Shown piece after piece: positions 45,557-55,285 of a DNA stretch of 64,000 bases. The stretch comes from Candidatus Magasanikiibacteriota bacterium. Lineage in GTDB: Bacteria > Patescibacteriota > Patescibacteriia > Magasanikbacterales > GWA2-37-8. Made by a program: the position numbers and the translations under genes. Where the stretch lies: positions 99,569 to 163,568 of the forward strand of contig JAPLWQ010000003.1 of the NCBI GenBank assembly GCA_026396515.1, read 5' to 3'. The notes below the pieces were generated by a model. It was not told where the DNA came from. It saw nothing but the letters and a program-made list of their open reading frames with translations, and did no database searches. Numbering within the stretch: position 1 is the stretch's first letter; each line of letters opens with the position of its first letter.

Positions 45557-48500
45557 TAAATCCTATTTTTTCAAATAAATATAACGAAGAAACATTTGCT
45601 GAATTTATACAAGGTATTATTCCGAGTCTTTCTTTAGATAAAAAACGAGCTGAGGTTCGCACCGGTTTCAAATCAATCCAACAAATTGCAGAAGCCAGTG
45701 AAAATAAACTCGATTTAGTCGTTTTTGTAGCCCAGCTAGATTCATCGCTTCATGCTCGTGTCGAAATTACAAAGAATACTTATGCCGTGCTCAAAAGTCA
45801 TGCTAGGTCTAATGCTTTGGTTGCCTATATTTCAGATGATTCTTCGGAATGGCGCCTCTCTCTCATCACCACCAAGGTTGCGAGGACAAAAGACGGAACA
45901 AAAGAATCAATATCAAACCCACGTCGTTTTTCTTATGTTTTGGGACCAAATGCAAAAGTGGCGACGCCTTCAAATATGCTACGAGGAACCATCGACTCAA
46001 TTATTGATCTGGAAAATAAGTTTTCTTTGGCGGTAGTTAGTAAGGAATTCTTTACTCAGATAGCGACACAATATTCTAAGCTTGTTGGAGGAACACGAGG
46101 AGAGGGACGAAAGGCAATGGTTTTTGAAAGGACGCTTAAGCTCGGAGATACAAATGATGCCGTCAATGCAAATTTTGCCATTCGTCTTATCGGTAGGTTA
46201 GTCTTTTGTTGGTTTCTGAAACAGAAAAAAGGACATCTAGGTAGTCCGCTCATACCGTCTGAGATACTATCTGTTTCTGCTGTAAAAACAATTGGCGATT
46301 ATTATCATTCAGTTTGTGTCCCACTTTTTTTCGAGGTTTTGAATAAACCACAACCCTCTCGACCAACAATTTTTTCTTATTCAGAATTATTCGATCAAGT
46401 TCCTTTTCTAAATGGTGGATTATTCCAAGACCATACAGAAGACAACCATAAATTTAATCGCGCTACCGGAATGAGCGAGCGGCGCGGTGTGGTTATTGTG
46501 CCCGACATTTGGTTTTCTGAATTGTTTCAAGTTTTTGAGGAATACAATTTTACAATTGATGAAAATACTTCGATAGATACGGAACTCTCGATTGATCCGG
46601 AAATGTTGGGTCGAATTTTTGAAAATCTTTTGGCGGAGGTGAACCCGGAAACTGGTGCCAGCGCACGGAAATCAACCGGAAGCTTCTATACCCCTCGTGA
46701 GATTGTTGACTTTATGGTAGAAGAATCACTTATTGCTCATCTCAAAACAAAAACCAATATATCCGAAGAAAAGCTACGGGCTCTTTCGTCTTACGATTTG
46801 GACGATGACACATCTCATCCAATTGATCAGCAAGAACAAAAACTGCTTGTTGAGGCTATACATAATACAACGGTTCTAGATCCCGCCTGTGGTTCCGGCG
46901 CTTTCCCGATCGGCGTTCTTCAGAGATTGGTGCACATGCTTGGCGTTCTTGATCCGGAATGTTCGATTTATTTGAGCAGGATTCCACCTGAAATGCGCAG
47001 GCAACTTCAAAAACATAGCCTTACATATGTCAGAAAACTCGGCGTAATTCGAGAGTGCATACACGGGGTGGATATACAGCCTGTTGCTATAGATATTTCT
47101 CGCTTAAGATGTTTTCTGACACTTGTCGTTGACCAACAAGTTGACGACGATGCCCCAAACAGGGGTATTGAGCCATTGCCAAACTTAGATTTTAAATTTG
47201 TTTGTGCCAACACGCTTATAAAACCGCCGGTCCATGAAGGCCCGCTATTCGGCGATGAATTTGCAGATGCATTAGGAGAACTTATTGACGAATATTTTGC
47301 GCCGGTCGATCAGTTGCACAAATTGGAGACAGCACGAAAATTACAACAGTTGATAAGCGAAAAAACAAACAAAGAACTCGAAAGCATCATTAAGTCATAT
47401 AGCTATCTGAAAGATGAAAAACATAAACAAGCGTTGGCTCAAATAAATGAAAAGTTAGATAGTGAAAGAATACGAATAAATTCACTCTGGAAAAGTTACG
47501 AAAATATCTTTCAAAATAAACCCGTTGGTTTTTTTGATACCAGATATTTTTTCCCCGTTGTATTTCGTGGCGGTGGTTTTGATATTGTGATAGGTAATCC
47601 GCCGTATGTTAGACAGGAAGAATTTTCAGGTATTAAGCCAGTTCTAAAAGAACAATACGGTGATTTTTTTAATGGACGTGCTGATCTATATACATACTTC
47701 ATCGCAAGAGGGACGACACTACTAAAAGAACGAGGAATTTTATCTTTTATAACATCAAATAAGTTTTTTGTTCGGGGTTATGGTGAAAACACAAGAGCAT
47801 TGCTTACAAAAGATATATCATTAAAAAAAGTGGTGAACTTCGGTGAGCTTCCTGTTTTTCAAGCATCTGTAGATTCAGCGATTGTGCTAGCGGAAAACAC
47901 AAAACCAAAAGAAAAAGACTCGCTTGATTTTGCTCAAGCAAAGACAGGGGCTGATATTAAAAACATCCATGAATTTTTTGAAACAAAAAAAGGAACTATA
48001 AAATTAACTTCTTTGGGATCGGGGGTATGGTCATTGCAGGATCCCGAAAAGTTAACAGTTTTAAATAAAATAAAGAGTCAAAAGAATACACTCGGGGCAT
48101 ATTACGATGGTAATATTTTTGCTGGACTTAAAACTGGGTTAGACGGCGTCTACGTAATCACAAGAAGCTTTCGGGACAAGTTGATTAATGCTGATAAAAA
48201 ATATGAAGTAGTTATTAAACCCTGGCTTAGAGGAAAAGATGTAAAAAAATGGAATCCTAACTTCCATGATTTGTGGGTAATAAATCTACGTTCTTCCTCG
48301 AACTTTACGTGGCCCTGGTCCGGGATGAGTAATGTTGTGGCTGAAACGATATTTCAATCGCAGTATCCTATTTTATATGACTATTTAATTCAGCACAAAA
48401 AAAAGATTTCAAAAAGAAGTGATCAGGGCGATTACTGGTGGGAACTGAGGTCTTGTGCTTACGATGACAAATTCAATACAAGAAAAATCATATATCCTGA

Positions 48501-48912
48501 CTGTGCAAAAGAGATGAGGGCCACATATGATGAAACGGGGCTATACGGAACACTTGCTATGTACATAGTGAGCTACGACCCCATAATTATGGGAATATTA
48601 AATAGTAAGCTTTTCGATTGGTATTCAAGAATGACATTTGCAACATTTGGCGATCCATGGAATGGTGGGAGAATAATTTTCAAAACAATTTATATGTCAA
48701 AAGTCCCAGTGCCTGATACTAAAAATAATACCGGTGTATTGATTAAGGGTGGTGTTGATAAAATTTTGGCAATTACCAAATCGAGCGATTATTTAGAAAA
48801 TTCTGCAAAAAAAGCAGAAGTCAAAAAATACGAAGAACAAATTGACAAGCTAGTTTATGAACTCTACGATCTGAAACCGGAAGAAATCGAAATTGTAGAA
48901 AATTTGAAATAA
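45553..48912 (+). CDS. Type IIG/Eco57I-like gamma-class adenine MTase with TaqI-C-like specificity domain
   Basis: FLNGGLF, DPEMLGRIFENLL, GSFYTPREIV, LDPACGSGAF, FDIVIGNPPY, C-terminal IDKLVYELY.L; ATGA overlap with the helicase. Confidence 0.88.
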   Translation: MINPIFSNKYNEETFAEFIQGIIPSLSLDKKRAEVRTGFKSIQQIAEASENKLDLVVFVAQLDSSLHARVEITKNTYAVLKSHARSNALVAYISDDSSEWRLSLITTKVARTKDGTKESISNPRRFSYVLGPNAKVATPSNMLRGTIDSIIDLENKFSLAVVSKEFFTQIATQYSKLVGGTRGEGRKAMVFERTLKLGDTNDAVNANFAIRLIGRLVFCWFLKQKKGHLGSPLIPSEILSVSAVKTIGDYYHSVCVPLFFEVLNKPQPSRPTIFSYSELFDQVPFLNGGLFQDHTEDNHKFNRATGMSERRGVVIVPDIWFSELFQVFEEYNFTIDENTSIDTELSIDPEMLGRIFENLLAEVNPETGASARKSTGSFYTPREIVDFMVEESLIAHLKTKTNISEEKLRALSSYDLDDDTSHPIDQQEQKLLVEAIHNTTVLDPACGSGAFPIGVLQRLVHMLGVLDPECSIYLSRIPPEMRRQLQKHSLTYVRKLGVIRECIHGVDIQPVAIDISRLRCFLTLVVDQQVDDDAPNRGIEPLPNLDFKFVCANTLIKPPVHEGPLFGDEFADALGELIDEYFAPVDQLHKLETARKLQQLISEKTNKELESIIKSYSYLKDEKHKQALAQINEKLDSERIRINSLWKSYENIFQNKPVGFFDTRYFFPVVFRGGGFDIVIGNPPYVRQEEFSGIKPVLKEQYGDFFNGRADLYTYFIARGTTLLKERGILSFITSNKFFVRGYGENTRALLTKDISLKKVVNFGELPVFQASVDSAIVLAENTKPKEKDSLDFAQAKTGADIKNIHEFFETKKGTIKLTSLGSGVWSLQDPEKLTVLNKIKSQKNTLGAYYDGNIFAGLKTGLDGVYVITRSFRDKLINADKKYEVVIKPWLRGKDVKKWNPNFHDLWVINLRSSSNFTWPWSGMSNVVAETIFQSQYPILYDYLIQHKKKISKRSDQGDYWWELRSCAYDDKFNTRKIIYPDCAKEMRATYDETGLYGTLAMYIVSYDPIIMGILNSKLFDWYSRMTFATFGDPWNGGRIIFKTIYMSKVPVPDTKNNTGVLIKGGVDKILAITKSSDYLENSAKKAEVKKYEEQIDKLVYELYDLKPEEIEIVENLK

Positions 48913-48956
48913 AAAAATCTAAAAAATTTCTATATTAATAAATTTTACGCACTAAT

Positions 48957-50585
48957 ATGGGGTCAAAATTCCTTTCAGCTCTTTCTGAAGAGGCGTATCT
49001 TAAACTAACTGATAAGTTGTATGGGATACAAAGTGGGCAGTGTTTTATATGCCAAAAAAAGATTGATTTAGCGCTTCAAACCACTAATATAGATCACATC
49101 ATACCACTTAAAACTCGGGGTAAGGATTCGGAAGATAATTTCGCCTTAACACACGAGAGTTGCAATAAATCGAAACTAGATGCAAATTTAAATATTGCAA
49201 GAATTTTGTGTCACCTTAAAGAAATACAGGACCGAGTTTTCGTCGATAGTGGTCGGGCGGCATCCCTTAAGGATGTTTTGGCTTCCTTTGGTGGTTCGAA
49301 GTATGATTTTAAACATAAGATTAGTAATGATAAGATTGAATTTAGTTTTTCAGACGTTAGAGAAAATGATATACAAATCAAAGATATTTATGAAGATATT
49401 TTAACTGGTAATCAGACTGGTAAAATTGAAAAGACTTGTTTTACAGACGTCCCCATTGAATACATTTATCACGATGACGCAATAAATCCACGTGGCATAA
49501 ACACAAGCATAAGTCGACTAGTAAAGGAATTTTATAAAGGCAATCCCCAGCTGCACTTATGTTTAGCACGAATCGATGATAATAAGTTAAAAATTTTTGA
49601 TGGTCAGCATAAAGCAGTCGCGCAAATATTACTTGGGAACAAGAGGCTGCTGCTCCGTATCTTCATTGACCCAAACGTAGATAGACTGACTGAGACAAAT
49701 ACTAACGCGGGGAGTACTTTGAGGCAAATTGCGTTTGATAAATCAATAATGCGCCAATTGAATAATACGTTATACACTGAGAAGATAGATAAATTTCAAG
49801 CGGACCACCACTTGGCAGAGGACGATTTCTCGTTTTCAGAACAGCAACTCGTCGATTATTTTAAGGGTGAAAATGTAAATATGAAAAAATATATTTCTGA
49901 TAGTATAAAACACTCCATTACATATTCAAAAGAAAATAAACTAAAAGATTACATAGACTTTGAAGGTAAGGCGAAGGAGTTACCAATTTCTTATAGTGCT
50001 TTTAGCAAAGCAATTCTCGAGCAAGTTGTCGATTCTAAACAATTTTTGGATACACCTATTAATTACAAGTCCGAAGAAGGTCTGAATCCACGAGAAATGC
50101 AGATAAACCAAATTGTTGAATTGCTTAATATAATTGCTGAAGAGATATATATCGGTAAATTTAAACCAGAAATTGGAGTATACCGTATTGAACAAAAGAT
50201 TATTGACAAGAAAGATGTAGAAATTACTACCGAGCATTTGACTGCTTATCGTATGAGCAAAGAAGAAATAATTTTCAATTGGTTTATATATTTAAACAAA
50301 GTCATTGAAAGTTATTTTAATAATACGGGTAGGATTTACGAAGCCAACCAATTATTTATGGAGAAGTTTGACGATCAATTGTGGGCAAACATACGGAATT
50401 TTATTAACAATTTATCCATCCTTCCTCTCTGGAAAGATAAGTCTATGGCAAGCACAATTTTTGCAGGTAAGAAGAATTATGATTATTGGAAAGAAATTTT
50501 TGAAAAGGGAAAAAGTCCTGACGGGGCGCAAGTTCTTGCCACGCCATTAAATTTTATTGAAATGATAAGAAGCGAAAAACAATAA
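48957..50585 (+). CDS. HNH endonuclease fused to a ParB/DndB-like (DGQHK) domain
   Basis: CFIC...IDHIIP...G.D...N..LTH..CNKSK; IFDGQHK. Confidence 0.75.
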   Translation: MGSKFLSALSEEAYLKLTDKLYGIQSGQCFICQKKIDLALQTTNIDHIIPLKTRGKDSEDNFALTHESCNKSKLDANLNIARILCHLKEIQDRVFVDSGRAASLKDVLASFGGSKYDFKHKISNDKIEFSFSDVRENDIQIKDIYEDILTGNQTGKIEKTCFTDVPIEYIYHDDAINPRGINTSISRLVKEFYKGNPQLHLCLARIDDNKLKIFDGQHKAVAQILLGNKRLLLRIFIDPNVDRLTETNTNAGSTLRQIAFDKSIMRQLNNTLYTEKIDKFQADHHLAEDDFSFSEQQLVDYFKGENVNMKKYISDSIKHSITYSKENKLKDYIDFEGKAKELPISYSAFSKAILEQVVDSKQFLDTPINYKSEEGLNPREMQINQIVELLNIIAEEIYIGKFKPEIGVYRIEQKIIDKKDVEITTEHLTAYRMSKEEIIFNWFIYLNKVIESYFNNTGRIYEANQLFMEKFDDQLWANIRNFINNLSILPLWKDKSMASTIFAGKKNYDYWKEIFEKGKSPDGAQVLATPLNFIEMIRSEKQ

Positions 50586-50686
50586 TTTTTTAATGTCCTA
50601 TTTTTTGATGCCGGAAAGTACAAATATTGGGCAATGAATAATATTCTAAACAGAGCGAAGACACAGAAGAAGTGGCAGTGAAGTCC

Positions 50687-50715
50687 TTGACATCTTTCTC
50701 ATTTTGTGTTATGTT
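50687..50715 (+). promoter_or_regulatory. Sigma70 promoter upstream of a long structured leader
   Basis: TTGACA-17-TATGTT with TGn. Confidence 0.6.
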
Positions 50716-50719
50716 ATAA

Positions 50720-50937
50720 ATGTAGCCCATTAAATTCTATTAGCGCGAAACGCGCCGCATAATTCTGCCAAAAACAAGGCAACCAGGGAAATCTGCTGGG
50801 AGCCATATGGATTATGACGACTAACTGCTAAAGCGGTTGGGAGATTTCATTCTAAGAGGTAGCAACCCGCCTACGTTTCATTCGTGAAACTACGGACGGG
50901 CAAGTATCTTTTGATGAAATCTCTTAGCCGCTTTTTT
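50720..50937 (+). ncRNA. Candidate structured RNA / attenuator leader (unclassified)
   Basis: 21-bp stem 50830-50850/50914-50934 with G:U pairs, nested UUCG hairpin, terminal U tract. Confidence 0.4.
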
Positions 50938-51013
50938 GTTTTCTTAAAGGTCGAACCGCTACGGCGGAAAGGAAAGCAATTCGGCTATGATTAATTCATT
51001 AACATATACACAT

Positions 51014-51523
51014 ATGAGAAGAACTAAGCAAAAGACACATAAAGCAAGTGTTCAAGTTGATAACCCGCCATTGTTTATTGGCTTTATCATGGAAGAGAAG
51101 GCCTTTTCGTTTGATGTTTATTTAATAAACAATTCGAACTGGAAATATAAAAGCGTAACCATTTTTACCGGCGCATTTATGACGGTTGACGACGACCTGC
51201 TGGAGACGAGTAAGGTCGTTAAAGTTAAGGGTCCTCTTGGAGCTTATTCAAGCATAAAAATCGATAGAAGTGATTGGAATGAATTGGATTTTGTGATCTG
51301 GTATCACCTTGATCTTGTTCGCGCGGATGATACGGTCGAGAAATATTGGTTTTGTTTACCTAAAGGTGGCGGTGATTACGACAATAAGGTGATTAAATTG
51401 CCAATAATTAACAGGAAAGGCATGAGCATAGAATTGGAGGCCAGAAATGGTGAATGTATCGCAGAGGAGACCAAAACTATTGAGATGAAATCAAAGTATC
51501 ACAAATTTAGTAAGGAATATTAA
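51014..51523 (+). CDS. Hypothetical protein
   Basis: Open frame of ~170 aa; start uncertain (50987, 51014 or later). Confidence 0.5.
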   Translation: MRRTKQKTHKASVQVDNPPLFIGFIMEEKAFSFDVYLINNSNWKYKSVTIFTGAFMTVDDDLLETSKVVKVKGPLGAYSSIKIDRSDWNELDFVIWYHLDLVRADDTVEKYWFCLPKGGGDYDNKVIKLPIINRKGMSIELEARNGECIAEETKTIEMKSKYHKFSKEY

Positions 51524-51548
51524 ATAATAAATATTAAATAATAAATAT

Positions 51549-51806
51549 ATGAGTATTAATGATCTAAAATATATTAATGATGATGAATTGGATGGGTACT
51601 CGTTACTCGGAAAGGGAACAGGCACTAGCTTGCAGCACTGCGCAAGTATGGGTGTACGCCATTGCAAAGATTTTCTGAATCGAGTACGCGGATACAGGAT
51701 TGAGCAAAGCGACACCAGTGAAATGATGTATAAGGCCTTAAAGGAAATAGGGGATAAAAGAGAGTGGCCGATGTATATCACAGTGTCATTTTACGAAAAA
51801 AAATGA
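51549..51806 (+). CDS. Small hypothetical protein
   Basis: 85 aa ORF after an AT-rich spacer with a 14-bp tandem duplication (51516-51543). Confidence 0.45.
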   Translation: MSINDLKYINDDELDGYSLLGKGTGTSLQHCASMGVRHCKDFLNRVRGYRIEQSDTSEMMYKALKEIGDKREWPMYITVSFYEKK

Positions 51807-51819
51807 CACTGTGATATAC
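51773..51819. repeat. Perfect 20-bp inverted repeat with 7-nt loop
   Basis: GTATATCACAGTGTCATTTT-ACGAAAA-AAAATGACACTGTGATATAC. Confidence 0.8.
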
Positions 51820-51886
51820 TTGTCCAAAACAGCGTAAAGTGGGATAATATGTACAGATTTAATCAAATTTTGAAATTTATAAATAT

Positions 51887-52414
51887 ATGAATTCTCAAAA
51901 TAGACAAAGAAACTCTTTTGTTGCTTTATGCGATTATGCTTCACGTTCCAATTGGTGTTGGAATATTGTTTGTACAACCTGCGGGCATGGTGCGTTTAAA
52001 GTTTCGTATGCAAAAATAATCAATGGTCAAAATCCTGATGATGAATCATTTTGGCCATATGGCAAGGAAAATGACGATTCACTTAAAGAAATGAATGTTA
52101 ATAGAGTTTTTCTTGGTGATGCGAGTGCCGATGCCCAAATTAAACTTGCGTCTGTTGTCGCAAAAGCCAAATTATCCGATATCCAATCTGTGGCGAAATT
52201 TCCTGATTGGTTAGGGTATATTGGTCTTGTTATCCATCATTGTCCTAACCAGGAAGCCAGGAAGATTATATCCGATTCGTTTCTTTCGCAATTTATCGAA
52301 TTATTGAAGGATAAAGCTGGAATTCGCGAATATTTAAGCCAGAAACAAGCGAAACAAGAATTATTAGATATTAATGATTTAAGTAGAATTGAAAATGAAA
52401 TTGTTAATCACTAA
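51887..52414 (+). CDS. Hypothetical protein with a Cys/His cluster
   Basis: 175 aa; WCWNIVCTTCGH and FPDWLGY.GL motifs. Confidence 0.6.
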   Translation: MNSQNRQRNSFVALCDYASRSNWCWNIVCTTCGHGAFKVSYAKIINGQNPDDESFWPYGKENDDSLKEMNVNRVFLGDASADAQIKLASVVAKAKLSDIQSVAKFPDWLGYIGLVIHHCPNQEARKIISDSFLSQFIELLKDKAGIREYLSQKQAKQELLDINDLSRIENEIVNH

Positions 52415-52447
52415 AAAGTTGATCCCATAAACGACGCTATTAAAAAT

Positions 52448-53215
52448 ATGCTCGGCGCCATAGCAGGGGATATTATCGGTTCAGTTTACGAATGGAATAA
52501 TATTAAAACAACGGATTTTCCGTTGTTTTCAGACCGTTCGCATTTTACGGATGATACGGTAATGACTGTCGCTGTGGCCGAATGTTTAATAAGCGGGAAA
52601 GATTATTTTTTAACCTTTAAAGAAATTGGCCAAAAATATCCTGATGCCGGGTACGGCGATGCTTTCAGGCAATGGCTTTTTTCACGGCAGACCGAACCGA
52701 ACAATAGTTTTGGAAATGGCGCTGCAATGCGGATTAGCCCGATTGGTTTTTTCTTTAATGATTTGGATTCGGTTTTATCCAAAGCAGTGAAATGTACGAA
52801 TATAACTCACGATCATCCTGAAGCGCGGAAAGGCGCGCAGGCGGTTGCGGCAGCCATATTTTTGGCACGAACCGGCAAAACAAAAGCGGAGATTAAGGAT
52901 TATGTTGAAAAAAGTTTTGGCTATGATTTGAGCAGGCGTTTGGATGATATCCGGCCAAATTATAAATTTGATGCCAGTTGCCAGGGCTCGGTGCCTGAAG
53001 CGATTATTGCTTTTCTGGAATCCACTGATTACGAAGACACCGTACGGAAGGCGGTTTCTCTTGGTGGCGATAGCGACACAATTGCCTGCATAACCGGCGG
53101 AATCGCCGAGGCGTTTTATAAAGGCGTGCCTAATGATATAATTACCAAGACCCGGGCGTTATTAACACCTGATTTATTGGATGTCGTTGATAAGTTTTAT
53201 GAACATATTAAATAA
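52448..53215 (+). CDS. ADP-ribosylglycohydrolase (DraG/ARH family)
   Basis: MLGAIAGDIIGS.YE, FTDDT, SFGNGAAMR, THDHP, GGDSDT. Confidence 0.92.
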   Translation: MLGAIAGDIIGSVYEWNNIKTTDFPLFSDRSHFTDDTVMTVAVAECLISGKDYFLTFKEIGQKYPDAGYGDAFRQWLFSRQTEPNNSFGNGAAMRISPIGFFFNDLDSVLSKAVKCTNITHDHPEARKGAQAVAAAIFLARTGKTKAEIKDYVEKSFGYDLSRRLDDIRPNYKFDASCQGSVPEAIIAFLESTDYEDTVRKAVSLGGDSDTIACITGGIAEAFYKGVPNDIITKTRALLTPDLLDVVDKFYEHIK

Positions 53216-53256
53216 TTTTTATAATTAGTTTTTTAATTCATTTTATTTTATTCGCT

Positions 53257-53790
53257 ATGAACAAACTCTCGGCGCTAAAAATCATTCTCGCGCTGCTCCC
53301 GGCCCTGATATTTACCCAGAGCTGGGCTTGGGTTACCGGCAAGCATTATACACTCTTTGCTTTGCTCGTTCTTTGGGCGGCGATGGTTTGGTTTGTTTTG
53401 GATTATGCAGATAAAAACAAGATTATATTCAAGCTGTTGCGCGCGCTTGAAATTGCCTTCTTTTTACTCCCGATTTCAGCATATGCAGCTGTATCTATCC
53501 TTAGTTCGCTCATGATGAGGGCTTCAAGCAGTGAATTTGAAAGAACGGGCGCGGCAATCGGTTCGGCAATCGGCGGTACGATCGTCGTTGTCATCGCGCT
53601 TGTTATCGGTTTGATTTTGGGTCTTATCACGCATATCATTGCCGGTAGCTTTCAGAAAAAGGTTGATAAAAATATCAAAGAAGAGCCGGGAAAAAATTTC
53701 TTTACCCAGAACAAAGCGCTTACTATTTTTATCGGCATGATTATTTTGGTGATTATCGTCGATCTAACCAGCAAGACATTCATTAAATAG
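53257..53790 (+). CDS. Hypothetical membrane protein
   Basis: About five hydrophobic segments; GAAIGSAIGG glycine-zipper. Confidence 0.65.
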   Translation: MNKLSALKIILALLPALIFTQSWAWVTGKHYTLFALLVLWAAMVWFVLDYADKNKIIFKLLRALEIAFFLLPISAYAAVSILSSLMMRASSSEFERTGAAIGSAIGGTIVVVIALVIGLILGLITHIIAGSFQKKVDKNIKEEPGKNFFTQNKALTIFIGMIILVIIVDLTSKTFIK

Positions 53791-53802
53791 AGGCGCATAT
53801 TC

Positions 53803-55284
53803 ATGGCGGCATCAGTGTTAGATATGCTTACAAAATCCCAATTCATGAATTATGTTAAGTGCCCGGTGTATTTTTGGCTTGCCAAACACCGGCCTGATTT
53901 GATTCCGGAAGATACGGCGGCGACACAGCGGCTTTTTGCCATGGGCAAAGAGGTGGATTTGCTGTCCCGCCAGCTTTTTTCTGGTGGTGTTGAAACCGCC
54001 GGTTTTAACCAAGAGGGTTGGGAGAACACGCAGGCGCTACTTGCCGGCTCTGCCAAGGTCATTTTTCAGCCCACAGCGGTGGCTGAACCGCTGACCTGCC
54101 GGGCGGATATCCTGACGCGCAATGGCGCAAAGTGGGACCTTCACGAGGTGAAACAGTCAAACAGTGTCCAGCCGAAACATATTTTTGATGTTGGTTTCCA
54201 GCGTATTTGTTTTGAGAGTGCCGGCGTGAAAATTGGCCGGTCATATTTGGTGCATCTCAACCGCGAATATGTCCGCCAGGGTGCGATTGAGCCGGAAAAA
54301 TTGTTTATTTCGGAAGATATCACGGATGAGGTTCTGGAAAAGATGGATGAGATAAAAGAGGAGATTGCCAAGGCACTTGAAATATTGAAATGGACCAAAG
54401 AGCCGGACAAGCGTTTGATTAAACTCTGCAGTACGCCGAAAAACTGTGAATATTTGAAATATTATTGTGAGGGCGTGGCAGGCGTGCCGGAAATAGCGGC
54501 GGAAATCGGATCCAAACATTTGCTCGCGTTAATAAAGCGGGGGATTATCGCGCCGGAAAAATTATCCGCTGAAATACTTACGAAAGTTGGTTATGAGCCG
54601 GAAGAGCCGTTTACGAAAATTGACGCGCCGTCTATCCGCCGGGAACTGAAAAAGTTGGAATATCCTTTGTATTTTTTTGATTACGAAACATATGGCGAGG
54701 CTATTCCGCCTTTTGACGGCACGAGGCCACATCAGCAAATTCCTTTTCAATATTCCTTACATATTAAAGATTCACCGGATGCGGAAATCAGGCATCTGGA
54801 ATTTTTGGCCACGAAGTTTGAAAATCCTGTGTCCGAATTGCTGGCGCAATTAAAACGCGACATCGAGCCGAAGGGAAGCGTGATTGTATGGTTTGAATCA
54901 TTTGAAAAATCGCGCAACGAGGAAATGGCAAAAATGATGCCGGAGTATGCTGATCTTTTGGATGATTTGAACGAGCGAATTTTTGACCTGTATCTTATTT
55001 TTAAAATCAAGAGTGAGATGTACTCTGACAGTGAGTTTCAAGGAAGCGCGTCACTCAAGGCGGTCTTGCCGGTACTTTGTCCGGAACTTTCCTATGAATC
55101 ATTGGAAATACAGGAGGGCGGTACCGCTTCATCAAGCTGGCCTATTTTGACGAGCGACAAAACGCCGGTTGCGGAAAAAGAAAAATTGAAGAATAATATG
55201 CTGGAGTATTGTCAGCGGGATACGGAGGCGATGGTGGGGATTTTGAATAAAGTGTGCGAGGATATTGATTGTAAGATTCAATAA
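53803..55284 (+). CDS. DUF2779-family protein (Cas4-like PD-(D/E)xK N-domain + RNase H-like C-domain)
   Basis: LTKS.F...KCP..FW, RADIL, EVK.S, D..FQ; LYFFDYET, QIPFQYSLH, FEK, SLK.VLP, YC..DT; start may be 53824. Confidence 0.8.
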   Translation: MAASVLDMLTKSQFMNYVKCPVYFWLAKHRPDLIPEDTAATQRLFAMGKEVDLLSRQLFSGGVETAGFNQEGWENTQALLAGSAKVIFQPTAVAEPLTCRADILTRNGAKWDLHEVKQSNSVQPKHIFDVGFQRICFESAGVKIGRSYLVHLNREYVRQGAIEPEKLFISEDITDEVLEKMDEIKEEIAKALEILKWTKEPDKRLIKLCSTPKNCEYLKYYCEGVAGVPEIAAEIGSKHLLALIKRGIIAPEKLSAEILTKVGYEPEEPFTKIDAPSIRRELKKLEYPLYFFDYETYGEAIPPFDGTRPHQQIPFQYSLHIKDSPDAEIRHLEFLATKFENPVSELLAQLKRDIEPKGSVIVWFESFEKSRNEEMAKMMPEYADLLDDLNERIFDLYLIFKIKSEMYSDSEFQGSASLKAVLPVLCPELSYESLEIQEGGTASSSWPILTSDKTPVAEKEKLKNNMLEYCQRDTEAMVGILNKVCEDIDCKIQ

Positions 55285-55285
55285 T

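Noticed and set aside
50770-50820. c-di-GMP-I riboswitch (GGCAACC..GAAA..GCC)
   Set aside because: Lacks the GACGCAAAGC segment and a convincing P1; left as an unclassified structured RNA.
51014-53790. Integron cassette array
   Set aside because: No RYYYAAC/GTTRRRY attC sites seen between ORFs and no intI.
53803-55284. cas4 gene of a CRISPR system
   Set aside because: The Cas4-like domain is fused to the DUF2779 RNase H-like domain; no array or other cas genes.
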